Shown: positions 26,873-36,784 of the stretch, piece by piece
Position numbering within the stretch: position 1 is the stretch's first letter
Layout: each line of letters starts with the position of its first letter
NCBI GenBank assembly: GCA_965247605.1
Contig: CBDFHM010000011.1
Span: 86,932 to 150,931, forward strand
DNA from: Dehalococcoidia bacterium
GTDB taxonomy: Bacteria; Chloroflexota; Dehalococcoidia; Lucifugimonadales; UBA3495
Direction: 5' to 3'
DNA: 64,000 nt
Notes under the pieces: generated by a model
What the model was told of the DNA's origin: nothing
The model's input: only the letters and a program-made list of their open reading frames with translations
Databases searched by the model: none
Program-made: the position numbers and the translations under genes

Positions 26873-28743
26873 GACGTCCGCTCATCGAGCGCGTTAGGGA
26901 GCGCGTCAGGGAGCGCGTCAGGCCGGTCAGGATCGTCGGGAACCGCTGGTGGCGCAAGATGAGACCCGGTGGCACGATTCTCGGCTCGGGTAACGACGAT
27001 GTCCCTGGGGAAAAACAGGTCTAATGACCAGTCCAGGGTCACCCGCACCTTTTTTTCGATACCCGGCAGCTTGCTGAGGTAGATGGAACGCCACATCAGC
27101 CAAGCCAACAGGCCGGAGAACCGCAGTCCTCGGATTTCGGCCGCAGCAGTCCGGTGGCCCAAGCCGACCAGGACACCGATGGCCCGGAATCGAAACTGTT
27201 TCAAGGGCTTGCCAGCGATGGACGCAGCGATGTTCTCGGCCAGAACCTTGCCTTCCCGCAACGCATGCTGGGCCGTGGGCGGGTAGGCCCCACCGTCGCT
27301 GTCAGGGTCGGGAATCTGGGCGCAGTCGCCAACGGCCCAGACATTGGTGAGGCCGGGCACCGCCAAAGTGCTGTCGACGATCACTGCGCCTCACCGGTTT
27401 CGCTCGCAAGGCAACAGCCGCAGAAGGGGGTTCGGCTGGTTGCCAGCAGTCCACACCAGTGTGGCATTGGGCAGCGACTGGTTCTCCGGGGACTCGTTCT
27501 GATCGAACAGCACCTCGCCCGCCGTCGCGCCGGTAACACGGCTATTGAGCAAGAACTCGATACCCCGCGCCTCCAGTTTCCGCAGCGCATATTCCCCCAG
27601 CTTGACACCAAGCTCTGGTAGGATCCGCTCCCTGGGATGAATCAGCACGAACCGGGGATCGTCGTGGCCGATCGTTGGATAGAAACGACGCACATTGCGC
27701 ACAAGGTCGAACATCTCGGCTGCGGTCTCGGTCCCCGCGAAGCCGCCGCCCACCACGACGAAAGTAAGCTGGCGTTTGCGTTCCTGCGGGTCGGTTTCGG
27801 AATCGGCGTGTTCCAGCAACTCGATAACATGGTTGCGCAAACTGGTGGCGTCTTCCAGGCTTTTTAGCGTGAATGAATTCTCTTCAACTCCGGGCAAGTT
27901 GAAATAATGAGGAACAGACCCCAAGGCCAACACCAAGTGGTCGTACGGTATTTCTTCGGCGGGCGCCCCACCGCCCGAGCGGCTCACCACCACTTGTCTC
28001 TCGGTATCAATCTCCGAGACCTCCGCCCGTAGAAACCTGGTATGCACACAGGCGGAACGTATCGGGGCGCTGATGTGCTGCGCCTCCAACCCACTGGAGG
28101 CCACCTCCGCCAACATCGGGGTGAAGAGGAGATAGTTGCTCTCGCTGATCAGAGTGATTTCCAGGCTTTGGTCCCTGGAGTAGATCTGTTCCAGCCGTTT
28201 GGCCACACTCACGCCCCCGAAGCCGCCTCCAAGAATCACCACCCGCTTTTTCTCAGGCTCGGGTGAGGTTTCGGTGCCTTCCGGTTCCGGCCGCACCGCC
28301 AGGTACAGGGCGACCAGACCGTAGACACCTAGGCCGGTCAGCCCTCCATACAGTAGGTGGCCAATCAGGCTGGGAAAAGCGTTTCCAGCTTCGAACAATG
28401 ACCATGCGGGGCCGTCGCCTTCGTAGACGACGCCCAAGGTGATGGGACCGACGATCCACAAGAGCAGCCCATACAACGCGCCGGTGCTGATGGTAGAGGC
28501 GTGGCCGCCGGGTTGGTAGCCAACTACAGCGGCGAAGACAGCGCCAAGCAGCGCGGCTGCCACCAGATGCAGGACTACCCATTCCGGCGACACAGAAATT
28601 CCCAAAAGCCCGGGAACGCTACCTGCAATTTCCTGAGCTTGGAGGGCCCACCAGAAGATCAACCCGCCCACCAGACCGGAGGAAGCGCCGGCGGTCGAAT
28701 TGCGGAGGAACGGCCGCAGGCGCTGCCTGTCCAAAATCTTCAT
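26869..28743 (-). pseudogene. Type II NADH dehydrogenase (NDH-2) with an N-terminal 4-TM module, interrupted by one in-frame TGA (27391-27393)
   Basis: KKRVVILGGGFGGVSVAKRL and FVVVGGGFAGTETAAE lie in the 450-aa ORF. The FAD motif NVWAVGDCA lies in the 171-aa ORF in the same frame. The minus strand reads ...LLPCERNR-TGA-GAVIVDSTLAVPG. Confidence 0.8.
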
Positions 28744-28797
28744 ACCTATCCGCCCCGATACCGTCGTTTTGATGCGGTTGGTTTTTGGTGTAGTTAG

Positions 28798-30633
28798 CTA
28801 ATTAGAGGAGCTCAGGGTGCGGTCCAAGTTGAAGGCCGCACTGATGAGGGCCAGGTGAGTGAAGGCTTGGGGAAAGTTGCCCAGTGCCTCGCCGTTGGGT
28901 CCTGTTTCCTCGGCATAGAGTCCAAGGTGATTGGAATAGCTCAACATCTTCTCGAACATGAGGCGGGCTTGGTCCAGTCTCGGCCGGTCGTATCGCCCCG
29001 CCCGGGTCATGGCTTCGACCAGCCAGAAGGAGCAGATGTTAAACGTCCCCTCCTCCCCATCCAACCCGTCTGACGATTTATTCACGTCGTACCGGTGGAC
29101 CAGGCTATTGGAAACCAGGCCGCCTTGGTCGGGCGACCGGTTAATTACGTCCAGGGTGCTCAGCATTCGAGGATCTGTGGGCGAAAGTAAGAATACCAAT
29201 GGCATAATCAAGTTCGAGGCGTCGAGGTGTTCGCTGCCGTAGGCCTGAACGAACGCCTGCCGGTTGGAGCTCCAACCCTTTTCCATGATCTCTTCGTAGA
29301 TCTGGTCTCTGACCCGCTGCCACCTCTCCCGGTCAGCGGGGAACGACCTTTTGTCTGCCAAGCGCAGGGCCCGATCCACCGCCACCCAACACATGACCTT
29401 GGAATAAACAAAGTGCTGTTGGCCGCCTCTAACCTCCCAAATCCCTTCGTCGGTGCGCTGCCAGTTGTCACAGACCCAGTTGACCAGCTCCCTGAGGTGG
29501 GTCCAGAAATCGTAGGAGATGGGCGCTCCGTACTTGTTATACAAGTACACGGCATCCATCAACTCGCCGTAGATATCGAGCTGCAATTGACCGTATGCGC
29601 CGTTGCCGACGCGGACTGGGCGAGACCCTTTGTAGCCCTCCAGATGGTCCAGCGTTTCTTCCGTCAAATGGCGGCGTCCATCGATGCCATACATGATTTG
29701 TAACGAGCCGTCGGGGTTCAAGTCGTGACAACGTTCCTCGATCCAGTGCATGAACCGCGTGGACTCGTCGGTGGAGCCGATGCCGTGGAGCAGGGCGTAG
29801 AGTGTGAAGGCGGCATCGCGGATCCAGGTATAGCGGTAGTCCCAGTTGCGCTGCCCACCCAGGTCTTCGGGAAGGCTACAGGTGGGAGCAGCCACAATGG
29901 CCCCGGTCGGCTCGAAAGTCAGCAACTTCAGCACCAACGCCGAACGCTCGACCATCTCCCGCCAGCGGCCTTTGTACCGGCACTTGGCCAACCAGCGCCG
30001 CCAGTAATCGACGGTCCGCGTGAACAAATCGTCGGTTTCACGTCCGGTCAGCGGCCTGGGATGTTCCCCGGCGACGTTTTGGGTGAGGGCGAAAGTAGTG
30101 GTCTGGCCTTCTTTCAACTCGAAGTCCGCAATTGCGCCCCGCTTTCCCCTTTTTAAGGGAATACTGGTGCTCAGTGTCAGGCCCGCCAGAGCCGATTTGA
30201 AGACCGCTCCTTCGTTGGTGACAGTGGTTTTGTGGGCGTCTCTGGCATAATTAAAGGCCGGGATGCACTCCAGGTGGAAATCCATGTGCCCCCGAACCAC
30301 CGTAACCCGACGAATAATCTGATGGGTCGCCTCAGGAGCCAAATTGGGGCCTACCGGCATGAAATCGACAACCTCAGCCACGCCTTGGGGCGACAAGAAT
30401 CGGGTCACCAGCACGTTGGTTTCCGGCCAGTACATCTGTTTGTTGGTGACGCCGCCGCCGGACGGAGCAATGCTGAAGTGCCCGCCTTTCTTGTCGTCGA
30501 GTATCGAGGCGAAGACGCTGGGGGAGTCGAAGTGAGGAAAACAGTACCAATCGATGGACCCGTTCATGCCCACCAAGACGGCGGTGTGCATGTTCCCGAT
30601 GACGCCATAGTTCTCTATCGGCTGGTACCCCAC
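28798..30633 (-). CDS. Glycoside hydrolase family 15 (trehalase/glucoamylase-like)
   Basis: [59 protein letters not shown], and GLYAEE...[16 protein letters not shown]. Confidence 0.9.
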   Translation of the reverse strand: MGYQPIENYGVIGNMHTAVLVGMNGSIDWYCFPHFDSPSVFASILDDKKGGHFSIAPSGGGVTNKQMYWPETNVLVTRFLSPQGVAEVVDFMPVGPNLAPEATHQIIRRVTVVRGHMDFHLECIPAFNYARDAHKTTVTNEGAVFKSALAGLTLSTSIPLKRGKRGAIADFELKEGQTTTFALTQNVAGEHPRPLTGRETDDLFTRTVDYWRRWLAKCRYKGRWREMVERSALVLKLLTFEPTGAIVAAPTCSLPEDLGGQRNWDYRYTWIRDAAFTLYALLHGIGSTDESTRFMHWIEERCHDLNPDGSLQIMYGIDGRRHLTEETLDHLEGYKGSRPVRVGNGAYGQLQLDIYGELMDAVYLYNKYGAPISYDFWTHLRELVNWVCDNWQRTDEGIWEVRGGQQHFVYSKVMCWVAVDRALRLADKRSFPADRERWQRVRDQIYEEIMEKGWSSNRQAFVQAYGSEHLDASNLIMPLVFLLSPTDPRMLSTLDVINRSPDQGGLVSNSLVHRYDVNKSSDGLDGEEGTFNICSFWLVEAMTRAGRYDRPRLDQARLMFEKMLSYSNHLGLYAEETGPNGEALGNFPQAFTHLALISAAFNLDRTLSSSN

Positions 30634-30690
30634 GTTCTCCTCCTGTCATATTCCGGAATCGGTCAAGGTGGCCAATTCCCATTCAAGCGA

Positions 30691-31623
30691 TTACGCCTCT
30701 TGTAGGGTAGCCACACTGAACACCACGCTAAACGGTACGCAATATATTACTACGCTGTTGAAAACCGAAACGTCCACCCCGTTGGGTATGGGGTAGTTCT
30801 GGTTTCCACGGTTGCCTTTTAGATCGCCAAGGTCGATGTACCCCTCAGTTTTGACCTCCGAGGAACTCCCTGGGTCCGCATGGGGCGACAGGAACACATG
30901 CAGGGCTGGGCCGTTGGTCACATCGAGATTTTCCAGCCGCAACAGGTGAGAACCGTCGGGAGTGGTATAGATGGTAGCTTGGCCGCTGCCCCGGTGGAAG
31001 CTATCGGCGTCCTTGAAGTCGCCCCGCTTGACCTGTGATACCTCCGCCTGACCACCTCCGGATTCGGTCGCTTGATCGAAGGCCCCCTGTATCATTCCGA
31101 CGGCCTTTTCGATCGTCTCGGCGTCCATCATTTCGCCGCCGGATACCATGGCCAGCCCCTCCTCCAGCGCCGATTGGTTAGCCTCGGTCAGCACAACCAT
31201 ACCATCCAAACCGCTGCCATCAGTGGCGCCCAGGGCGGCGCCGACTTTTATCGCGTCGTTGCCGGGCATTGCCTCGGTAACTTGGTTGCTGACCTTGGCC
31301 ATGCTAGCCATGGCCTCTTCAACGTCCTCCCGCTCCATGCCCGCCGGTACGACAGCGTTTATAGCGAAGGGAAACTCTTCCTCGACCGTGACGTTGGTGA
31401 AAAGAGGCGACCCCAGAGACCAGCCCAGCCAAATGGTAATTACCAAAAGCGGGGCCGATACGACCCCAAGGGGCAGCCGGTTGCGCCAGATTACTTGGTG
31501 CCAGCCGCGCCAGTATCCGAATGCAATAACCGCGGCGATGAATACCAGGACGCCGGCGCCGACAGCCCATCGGTATTCATAAAGGTCGGCGAATGTTCGT
31601 TCAATATCTCCAAAGGTCGACAT
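30691..31623 (-). CDS. Membrane-anchored DM13-domain protein
   Basis: Two N-terminal TM segments. The C-terminus is GDFKDADSFHRGSGQATIYTTPDGSHLLRLENLDVTNGPALHVFLS...VVIYCVPFSVVFSVATL (DM13 pattern). Confidence 0.75.
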   Translation of the reverse strand: MSTFGDIERTFADLYEYRWAVGAGVLVFIAAVIAFGYWRGWHQVIWRNRLPLGVVSAPLLVITIWLGWSLGSPLFTNVTVEEEFPFAINAVVPAGMEREDVEEAMASMAKVSNQVTEAMPGNDAIKVGAALGATDGSGLDGMVVLTEANQSALEEGLAMVSGGEMMDAETIEKAVGMIQGAFDQATESGGGQAEVSQVKRGDFKDADSFHRGSGQATIYTTPDGSHLLRLENLDVTNGPALHVFLSPHADPGSSSEVKTEGYIDLGDLKGNRGNQNYPIPNGVDVSVFNSVVIYCVPFSVVFSVATLQEA

Positions 31624-31827
31624 ATCAGTCCTCTTCGGCCTCTCTTAGTTGATTCCACGGGGCAAGGGATAGCTACGGTCCGGATTCATCAGACCGAACT
31701 AATTAGACCCCCAAGATTCTAACGCCAAATACGTAAATTTCGAATGCTTGGGAGAGCCGGTTAGGGACCATTCGCCCCAACACCCGCTACGGGTGGGAGC
31801 TAGTGATCAATGGAACTGGGAAAGTGC

Positions 31828-31878
31828 CCGGTCGTCGGTGAACTCCGGTCATTGGTGAACTCCGGTCGTTGGTGAACT
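31828..31878. repeat. 17-bp tandem repeat, 3 copies, intergenic
   Basis: CCGGTCGTCGGTGAACT / CCGGTCATTGGTGAACT / CCGGTCGTTGGTGAACT. Confidence 0.9.
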
Positions 31879-31987
31879 AAGGAAGATAGGGCCCAAACAG
31901 GCATGAAAGGCGGTCGGTCCGCCGGAAACGACAGTCGTGTCGTGTTGGTCCTCCGGTAATACGGATTAAATTGCCGTAGTGGATGGA

Positions 31988-32809
31988 TTAAGTCTGAACG
32001 GCAGGTTGAGGACGTGACCAGATAGTCTTGGTGTAGGCTACTTTCAGGCCGGCCCGCTCCAATTTGCGGTGGCTGGTTGAGGCAGGGACTGCTTGAGCGA
32101 TAACCAGTTCGCAACCCTCGGCAGCGGCATCGGCGATTCGCCGGGTTAGCAGTGCCGTATGGGCGCCCCGGCCGCGGGAGGACGGAGCCGCAGCGGCCAT
32201 CGCCAGCGACCCGATGCGGTCTTGCACGTAGAGACTGGCGAAGGCGGCCGGTGCTCCGTCGACCGCCGCCAGATACAGGCGCCAACCCGGTTGCCGGTAT
32301 TCCTTTATGATGTTGGCCCGCACCCGGGCTTTCAATTCGTCGGGATACTTGAAGTCGTCCAGGTACACCATGTAGAGGTCGGCAAATATCTCCATGTGTC
32401 CCGCAAGCACTTCAATTACATCGATGCCGGTGGGCGGCTCGGGGAAATCTTCGACCGGTACCACAAATAGCGAATCGTGAGAGCCGGACTCGGAGAAACC
32501 GCGATCAGCCAGAGTTTGAAGAAGTGCTTTGCTGGCTAGTGGCGAAACAATGTCGAAGTGGCATGAAGCGTCATATTGGGCATACCAGGCCAGAATCTCG
32601 TCCACTTCGGAGGGGCTCTGGTCGCGGAGGCCCAACACCCGATTGAACTCCCAATCGTTGATTTCTCGCATCAACAACGCGGTGGCCCGACCGAAACTGT
32701 GCACTCCAACTCCCAGGGGGTTGTCGGCCGTGCCCGCCAACATCGCCATATCGGAAGCAACATAGGCAGCCTCCGCGCGGTCGATGCGGGCGGCGAGGGC
32801 CGGTGTCAT
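31988..32809 (-). CDS. GNAT-family N-acetyltransferase
   Basis: Start moved to ATG 32809 (MTPALAARIDRAEAAY) to avoid overlapping the upstream gene. The acetyl-CoA site is AAAPSSRGRGAHTALLTRRIADAAAEG. Confidence 0.75.
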   Translation of the reverse strand: MTPALAARIDRAEAAYVASDMAMLAGTADNPLGVGVHSFGRATALLMREINDWEFNRVLGLRDQSPSEVDEILAWYAQYDASCHFDIVSPLASKALLQTLADRGFSESGSHDSLFVVPVEDFPEPPTGIDVIEVLAGHMEIFADLYMVYLDDFKYPDELKARVRANIIKEYRQPGWRLYLAAVDGAPAAFASLYVQDRIGSLAMAAAAPSSRGRGAHTALLTRRIADAAAEGCELVIAQAVPASTSHRKLERAGLKVAYTKTIWSRPQPAVQT

Positions 32810-32835
32810 TCTTGGAAGGGTCACGGTATTCGCCT

Positions 32836-34710
32836 TTAAACTGGACTGCCTATCGACGAATTCGCTGCCTGAGCCCAAGGCCGGGCGGCAGACAACCGGC
32901 CAACCTCTTGGGCCGAATGGATGGGCGCCAGGCACATATTATTCATACACGCGTACAACACAGGTATTTCCCTGACCGGAAACCCCAGAGACGAGATGCG
33001 TTCGCGGTCCCGCTGGGGGTCCAGCGCCTGCACGACTTGGTGTGGCGCGTAGGTTTTGAGGGCGGCCGCCAAAAGTTTCTTGGTGATTGGATGGGCCGAC
33101 CTGCCCACGATAACTAAGTGGACCGGACCCAAGTCCAAAAGCTGCCTGGCCCTGGCCCAAGCCGAGCCAGCGGGCAGGAAAAGACTTTCCTCATCTTCTT
33201 CCACACGCCGAGAGGGTCTTGGGCCCCGGTAGCTGCTGCCGGGAACAACAACCTCGAATGTTTTGAGGGCATCCGACGCCCAGGCCTGGTACTCGTCGTT
33301 ACCCGTGAGGCACGCCATGACGATAAGGCCCTCGGCAAGCAGAGCGTTGTCCAGAACCGGCTTCTCTTTCGCCAGAGGGGCGCCAGCAAAAGTTTCCCCA
33401 CTTTCCCAAACGTCGTAGTAACCGCCGTCATCGGCATGGAACAGTTTCTGGATGGTCAGGGCAACATCGACGGCTCTTTGGAGGTGTTTCCCATCGCCGG
33501 TGGCTTGGTGGAGGTCCAACGACGCCCGCAGGAACATGACGTGGTCTTCCAATATTTTGGGTTGTTCGCCCGAGACGCCGATCGCGTGCCGGAACCCCAT
33601 TTCACGGTCCCAGGAGTCCGCCCAAAGGACCTCCAAGTTGCGAGCGGCAATTCGGAGATAAGATGCAGCACCCAGAACAGCGTAGGCCTTGATAAAAGCA
33701 GTCGCGGCCAGTGCATTCCAACCGAGATAAGGCCTACGATCGACCGTCGGCTGGTCGGCTGAGTCCCGGTCTTTCCAAGGCAACCGGTAGAAGTCTTCCC
33801 AAGCGTCCTGGCTGGAATAGAAGAGGCCGGAGGATTCGTCGTATAGAGTCCCCAACATGTATTCAAGGGTCCCGGTAGCTACCTCTTTGTAAGCCCTCTT
33901 GCGTGTAATTTGGTAGGCCTCGAGGAAAAGGACTGCCAAATTGGCATTGGAAACGATCATTTTTTCGTAATGCGGAACTTTCCAGTCCCGCGACACAGAG
34001 TAGCGGAAAAACCCTTGGTCCTTGCTGTCGTAGAGGCCAGTGATCATTCCGTCCAAGGAATCGACCGCCATCTTCAGGTAGGACTTGCCACCGGTACGGC
34101 TATGTAGCGCCAGTAAGAAGCGCAGTCCTTCCCACGGCGGCTGTTTGGGCTCCGAACCGAATCCGCCGAAGTCAAAGTCGTATATCTCCTCCAACCGCTG
34201 TAAGACGCGGCTGTCGGGTGATTCGCCAGTTTCCGGTTGCGGTCGTTGAGGTTGCTCAGTTTGAGGTTCTGCCGTGCGGCCATGCAGTGTGACCTGGCCT
34301 GAAGCCGGGTAGCTGGCCACTACCCCTTCCAGCAGACCGAGCATCTCCTCCGGTGGTGTGTAGACCCGGCCAGCCAGCAAGTCACCTTCGCTATTCAGGA
34401 TGGCCACCGATGGAAATCCCCCCTGGTTGTAGCGACGTGAAATATCGGGTCGCTGGTCGACGTCCACTCGCACCGGAATGAAATCGGAGTTGATTAGAGC
34501 AACTATTCGCGGATCCGAGTAGGAAGTCTGGTCCATCACGTGGCACCAATGGCACCAAGTGGCCGTCAAAGTCAGCAGGACCGGTTTTCGTTCTTGGCGG
34601 CCGGCTGCGAAGGACTCCTCGCCCCATTCCCGCCAGCGGACAGCTTCAGTTTCAGTATGGGTTGTCACGGTCCAGTCCTCCGAGGCCAGCGCCTCATCAG
34701 GGAGATTCAA
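32836..34710 (-). CDS. Thioredoxin-domain protein of the YyaL/DUF255 family (thioredoxin_7 + six-hairpin glycosidase-like domain)
   Basis: PVLLTLTATWCHWCHVMDQTSYSDPRIVALINSDFIPVRVDVDQRPDISRRY, followed by a long alpha/alpha-toroid-like region. Confidence 0.9.
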   Translation of the reverse strand: MNLPDEALASEDWTVTTHTETEAVRWREWGEESFAAGRQERKPVLLTLTATWCHWCHVMDQTSYSDPRIVALINSDFIPVRVDVDQRPDISRRYNQGGFPSVAILNSEGDLLAGRVYTPPEEMLGLLEGVVASYPASGQVTLHGRTAEPQTEQPQRPQPETGESPDSRVLQRLEEIYDFDFGGFGSEPKQPPWEGLRFLLALHSRTGGKSYLKMAVDSLDGMITGLYDSKDQGFFRYSVSRDWKVPHYEKMIVSNANLAVLFLEAYQITRKRAYKEVATGTLEYMLGTLYDESSGLFYSSQDAWEDFYRLPWKDRDSADQPTVDRRPYLGWNALAATAFIKAYAVLGAASYLRIAARNLEVLWADSWDREMGFRHAIGVSGEQPKILEDHVMFLRASLDLHQATGDGKHLQRAVDVALTIQKLFHADDGGYYDVWESGETFAGAPLAKEKPVLDNALLAEGLIVMACLTGNDEYQAWASDALKTFEVVVPGSSYRGPRPSRRVEEDEESLFLPAGSAWARARQLLDLGPVHLVIVGRSAHPITKKLLAAALKTYAPHQVVQALDPQRDRERISSLGFPVREIPVLYACMNNMCLAPIHSAQEVGRLSAARPWAQAANSSIGSPV

Positions 34711-34953
34711 AAACCTGACGCATAGTCCTGACGCATCATAAGGTCATTATAGATGAGGCTTGCGATCGGAGGGGAAGACACTCGTGTTATAAATTCGCCT
34801 CGAAATGGGCTTCTTTTTTAGTCAAAAGGCCAAACCGGTACTCTGCCTAACTGAGAAAGCGGCTTCAGCTTCCGGTCGCGTAGACGAAAACTGTCCTGGC
34901 GAGTAACGTGCAGCCCATCAATCAAAGAGGTGATGGCGCTCCCTACTAAATTA

Positions 34954-35060
34954 AAATCGCGGGGTGTAGATATGATTTAGATGTCTTGCCGGAGTATCCC
35001 TATCGAGACGATGCGCTTTTGATTTGCAACACCCTTGGCAAATTCGTCAGGAACTACTTA
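34954..35060 (+). pseudogene. Lipoxygenase gene relic (frameshifted fragment)
   Basis: Reading KSRGVD-(shift)-DVLPEYPYRDDALLICNTLGKFVRNYL. LP.YPYRDD.LL....I...V..Y is a highly characteristic lipoxygenase block. Stops and a frameshift flank it, and no catalytic His region follows. Confidence 0.45.
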
Positions 35061-35113
35061 GCGCTCGCCTATATCAAACGATGTCAATCCGTAAACAAGA
35101 AGAGAGGGGTGGG

Positions 35114-35437
35114 TCAGTAAAGGCCTTCGTCGGAGAAAAATTGTTGGTCCGCATAATCGGATTCCACGCCCAGAATTCGGGCGGTGTCTAGGAGCGTGGC
35201 CCGGTACCAGAGCACCAAGATTGCGCGGTCCATCATGGCTTTGGGCAGATTGACGCGGCGGCCGTGTTTCCGCACCAACCACTCGGTGTGTCCGGCAGCG
35301 AAGTACTCTTCGTGGAATTTGGTGGGTTCGATATCAGAGGCGCAATCCTCCAGAATCTCCGCAGGTGCTTCCGAACAACGAATATCCGGCCGCTCCAACG
35401 CTATTTGGAGAAAATGCTGTTCCATGTGGAGATCCAT
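35114..35437 (-). CDS. Hypothetical protein, possible HTH (sigma-70 region-4-like segment)
   Basis: VNLPKAMMDRAILVLWYRATLLDTARILGVE resembles LP...R.....L......s..EiA..lg. No other motifs seen. Confidence 0.35.
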   Translation of the reverse strand: MDLHMEQHFLQIALERPDIRCSEAPAEILEDCASDIEPTKFHEEYFAAGHTEWLVRKHGRRVNLPKAMMDRAILVLWYRATLLDTARILGVESDYADQQFFSDEGLY

Positions 35438-35655
35438 CAGCTATCTGGTCCAAGCCTGGCCGGTATCGAAAAGGGTGGCATCAATGCGAGATCCAATCGT
35501 AAATCGAGATTCCGGCGCTTTACGCCTTGCGGCTATGTTCCAAAGAGGATTGGCAAAGGCCGCCCGGCACATACGTCCTGGCGGCCTTCCTGTTATTTCG
35601 TTGCGGTCCAACGCTTGGGCCGTTAACGCGATGCCCCGCTCGGCGATGATTTGTT

Positions 35656-36687
35656 CTACCGCTTCTGGTATACCTGGAACCGGTGGCGGTTAGCTTCTGT
35701 CACGTAAATGCGGCCTTCTCTGTCCAATGAAACCGACACCGGCCCCCAGAAATATGGCTCGGTCTGGGAGGATATGTGATAAGGCGTGTCGAGGTGAGCC
35801 GGGAGCTCCGGAAAGAGATTTGCTTTGTCCCGTTCCACTCTCTCTTCAGGATTGGACGCAAAGTAGTCCTCGGCCCATTGGGATAGCGTGGCTTGCCCGC
35901 GTAGTGATAGCTGGAAACTACCATCGGGCCCCAGAATTTGGAGCCTCTCGTTACCCCAGTCAGACACGTAGATGAACCCTTCCGAGTCGACGGCCACGCC
36001 GGAGGGGCGGTCGAACTCACCCTCCCCGTTTCCGTGTTTGCCATAGCTGGCCAAGAATTGGCCGTTGCCGCTGAATTTTTGAATTCGGTTGTTGCGCCAA
36101 TCAGCGACGTAAACATCGCCATGAGAGTCGACCGCAATACCCCAGGGAAGATTGAACTGCCCCTGACCGCCGCCGAATTCACCCCAACTAAGTTGATAGA
36201 CTCCATCGGTGTTGAATTTCTGGACGCGGTGGTTATGCTGGTCCACCACGTATACGTTGTCGTCCTGGTCTATCGCAATGCCAGCGGGACCGTTAAGTTC
36301 ACCTTCGCCCGATCCAAGGACGCCCCAATTGCTTAGAAAGGCGTTAGATGAATCGTAAATCGAAACTCGGTGATTCTGTTCGTCTGTGATAAATAGGCGG
36401 TATTTGGAATCGAACGCCATAGCCACCGGCCACAACGACTGCCCGTCTCCGGAACCGTAGCCGTAGGCGAACTCTCCCAGGTATTCTTCGTCCAGATTAC
36501 AAATGCCGACTCTAATGGCGTCTGAGCGACTGGCGTCGGAGCGGTTCAAAACAAAGATGCGCCCATCCCTGTGCACCGCCAGGTCGTAGGGGTTGGCAAA
36601 TCCCCGCCCGTTGTTGCCGTTGTTGACAATGCCGATGGTCTTCACGTAGTCGATCTTAACGGTCTGTATCTCGGTCTGGGTGCTCAC
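35656..36687 (-). CDS. NHL-repeat beta-propeller protein (copy 2)
   Basis: NHRVSIY / NHRVQKF / NNRIQKF / NERLQIL / NRHRFQVY blades. No signal peptide. Confidence 0.85.
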   Translation of the reverse strand: MSTQTEIQTVKIDYVKTIGIVNNGNNGRGFANPYDLAVHRDGRIFVLNRSDASRSDAIRVGICNLDEEYLGEFAYGYGSGDGQSLWPVAMAFDSKYRLFITDEQNHRVSIYDSSNAFLSNWGVLGSGEGELNGPAGIAIDQDDNVYVVDQHNHRVQKFNTDGVYQLSWGEFGGGQGQFNLPWGIAVDSHGDVYVADWRNNRIQKFSGNGQFLASYGKHGNGEGEFDRPSGVAVDSEGFIYVSDWGNERLQILGPDGSFQLSLRGQATLSQWAEDYFASNPEERVERDKANLFPELPAHLDTPYHISSQTEPYFWGPVSVSLDREGRIYVTEANRHRFQVYQKR

Positions 36688-36784
36688 GTTTGTATTTTCC
36701 TTTTCTAAACAGAGCCGGCCGGATCGTGGTTACTCAAGACGGGTACTTTACGGTCCAACCGGCTCTAGTTAGAGCTATTCGTGG

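Noticed and set aside
27391-27393. Genome-wide TGA reassignment as the explanation for the in-frame TGA in NDH-2
   Set aside because: TGA terminates several well-delimited genes here at positions consistent with family lengths, for example the REC fragment at 1449, the collagen-like gene at 48018 and the ATPase at 54846. A local mutation or sequencing error is more parsimonious.
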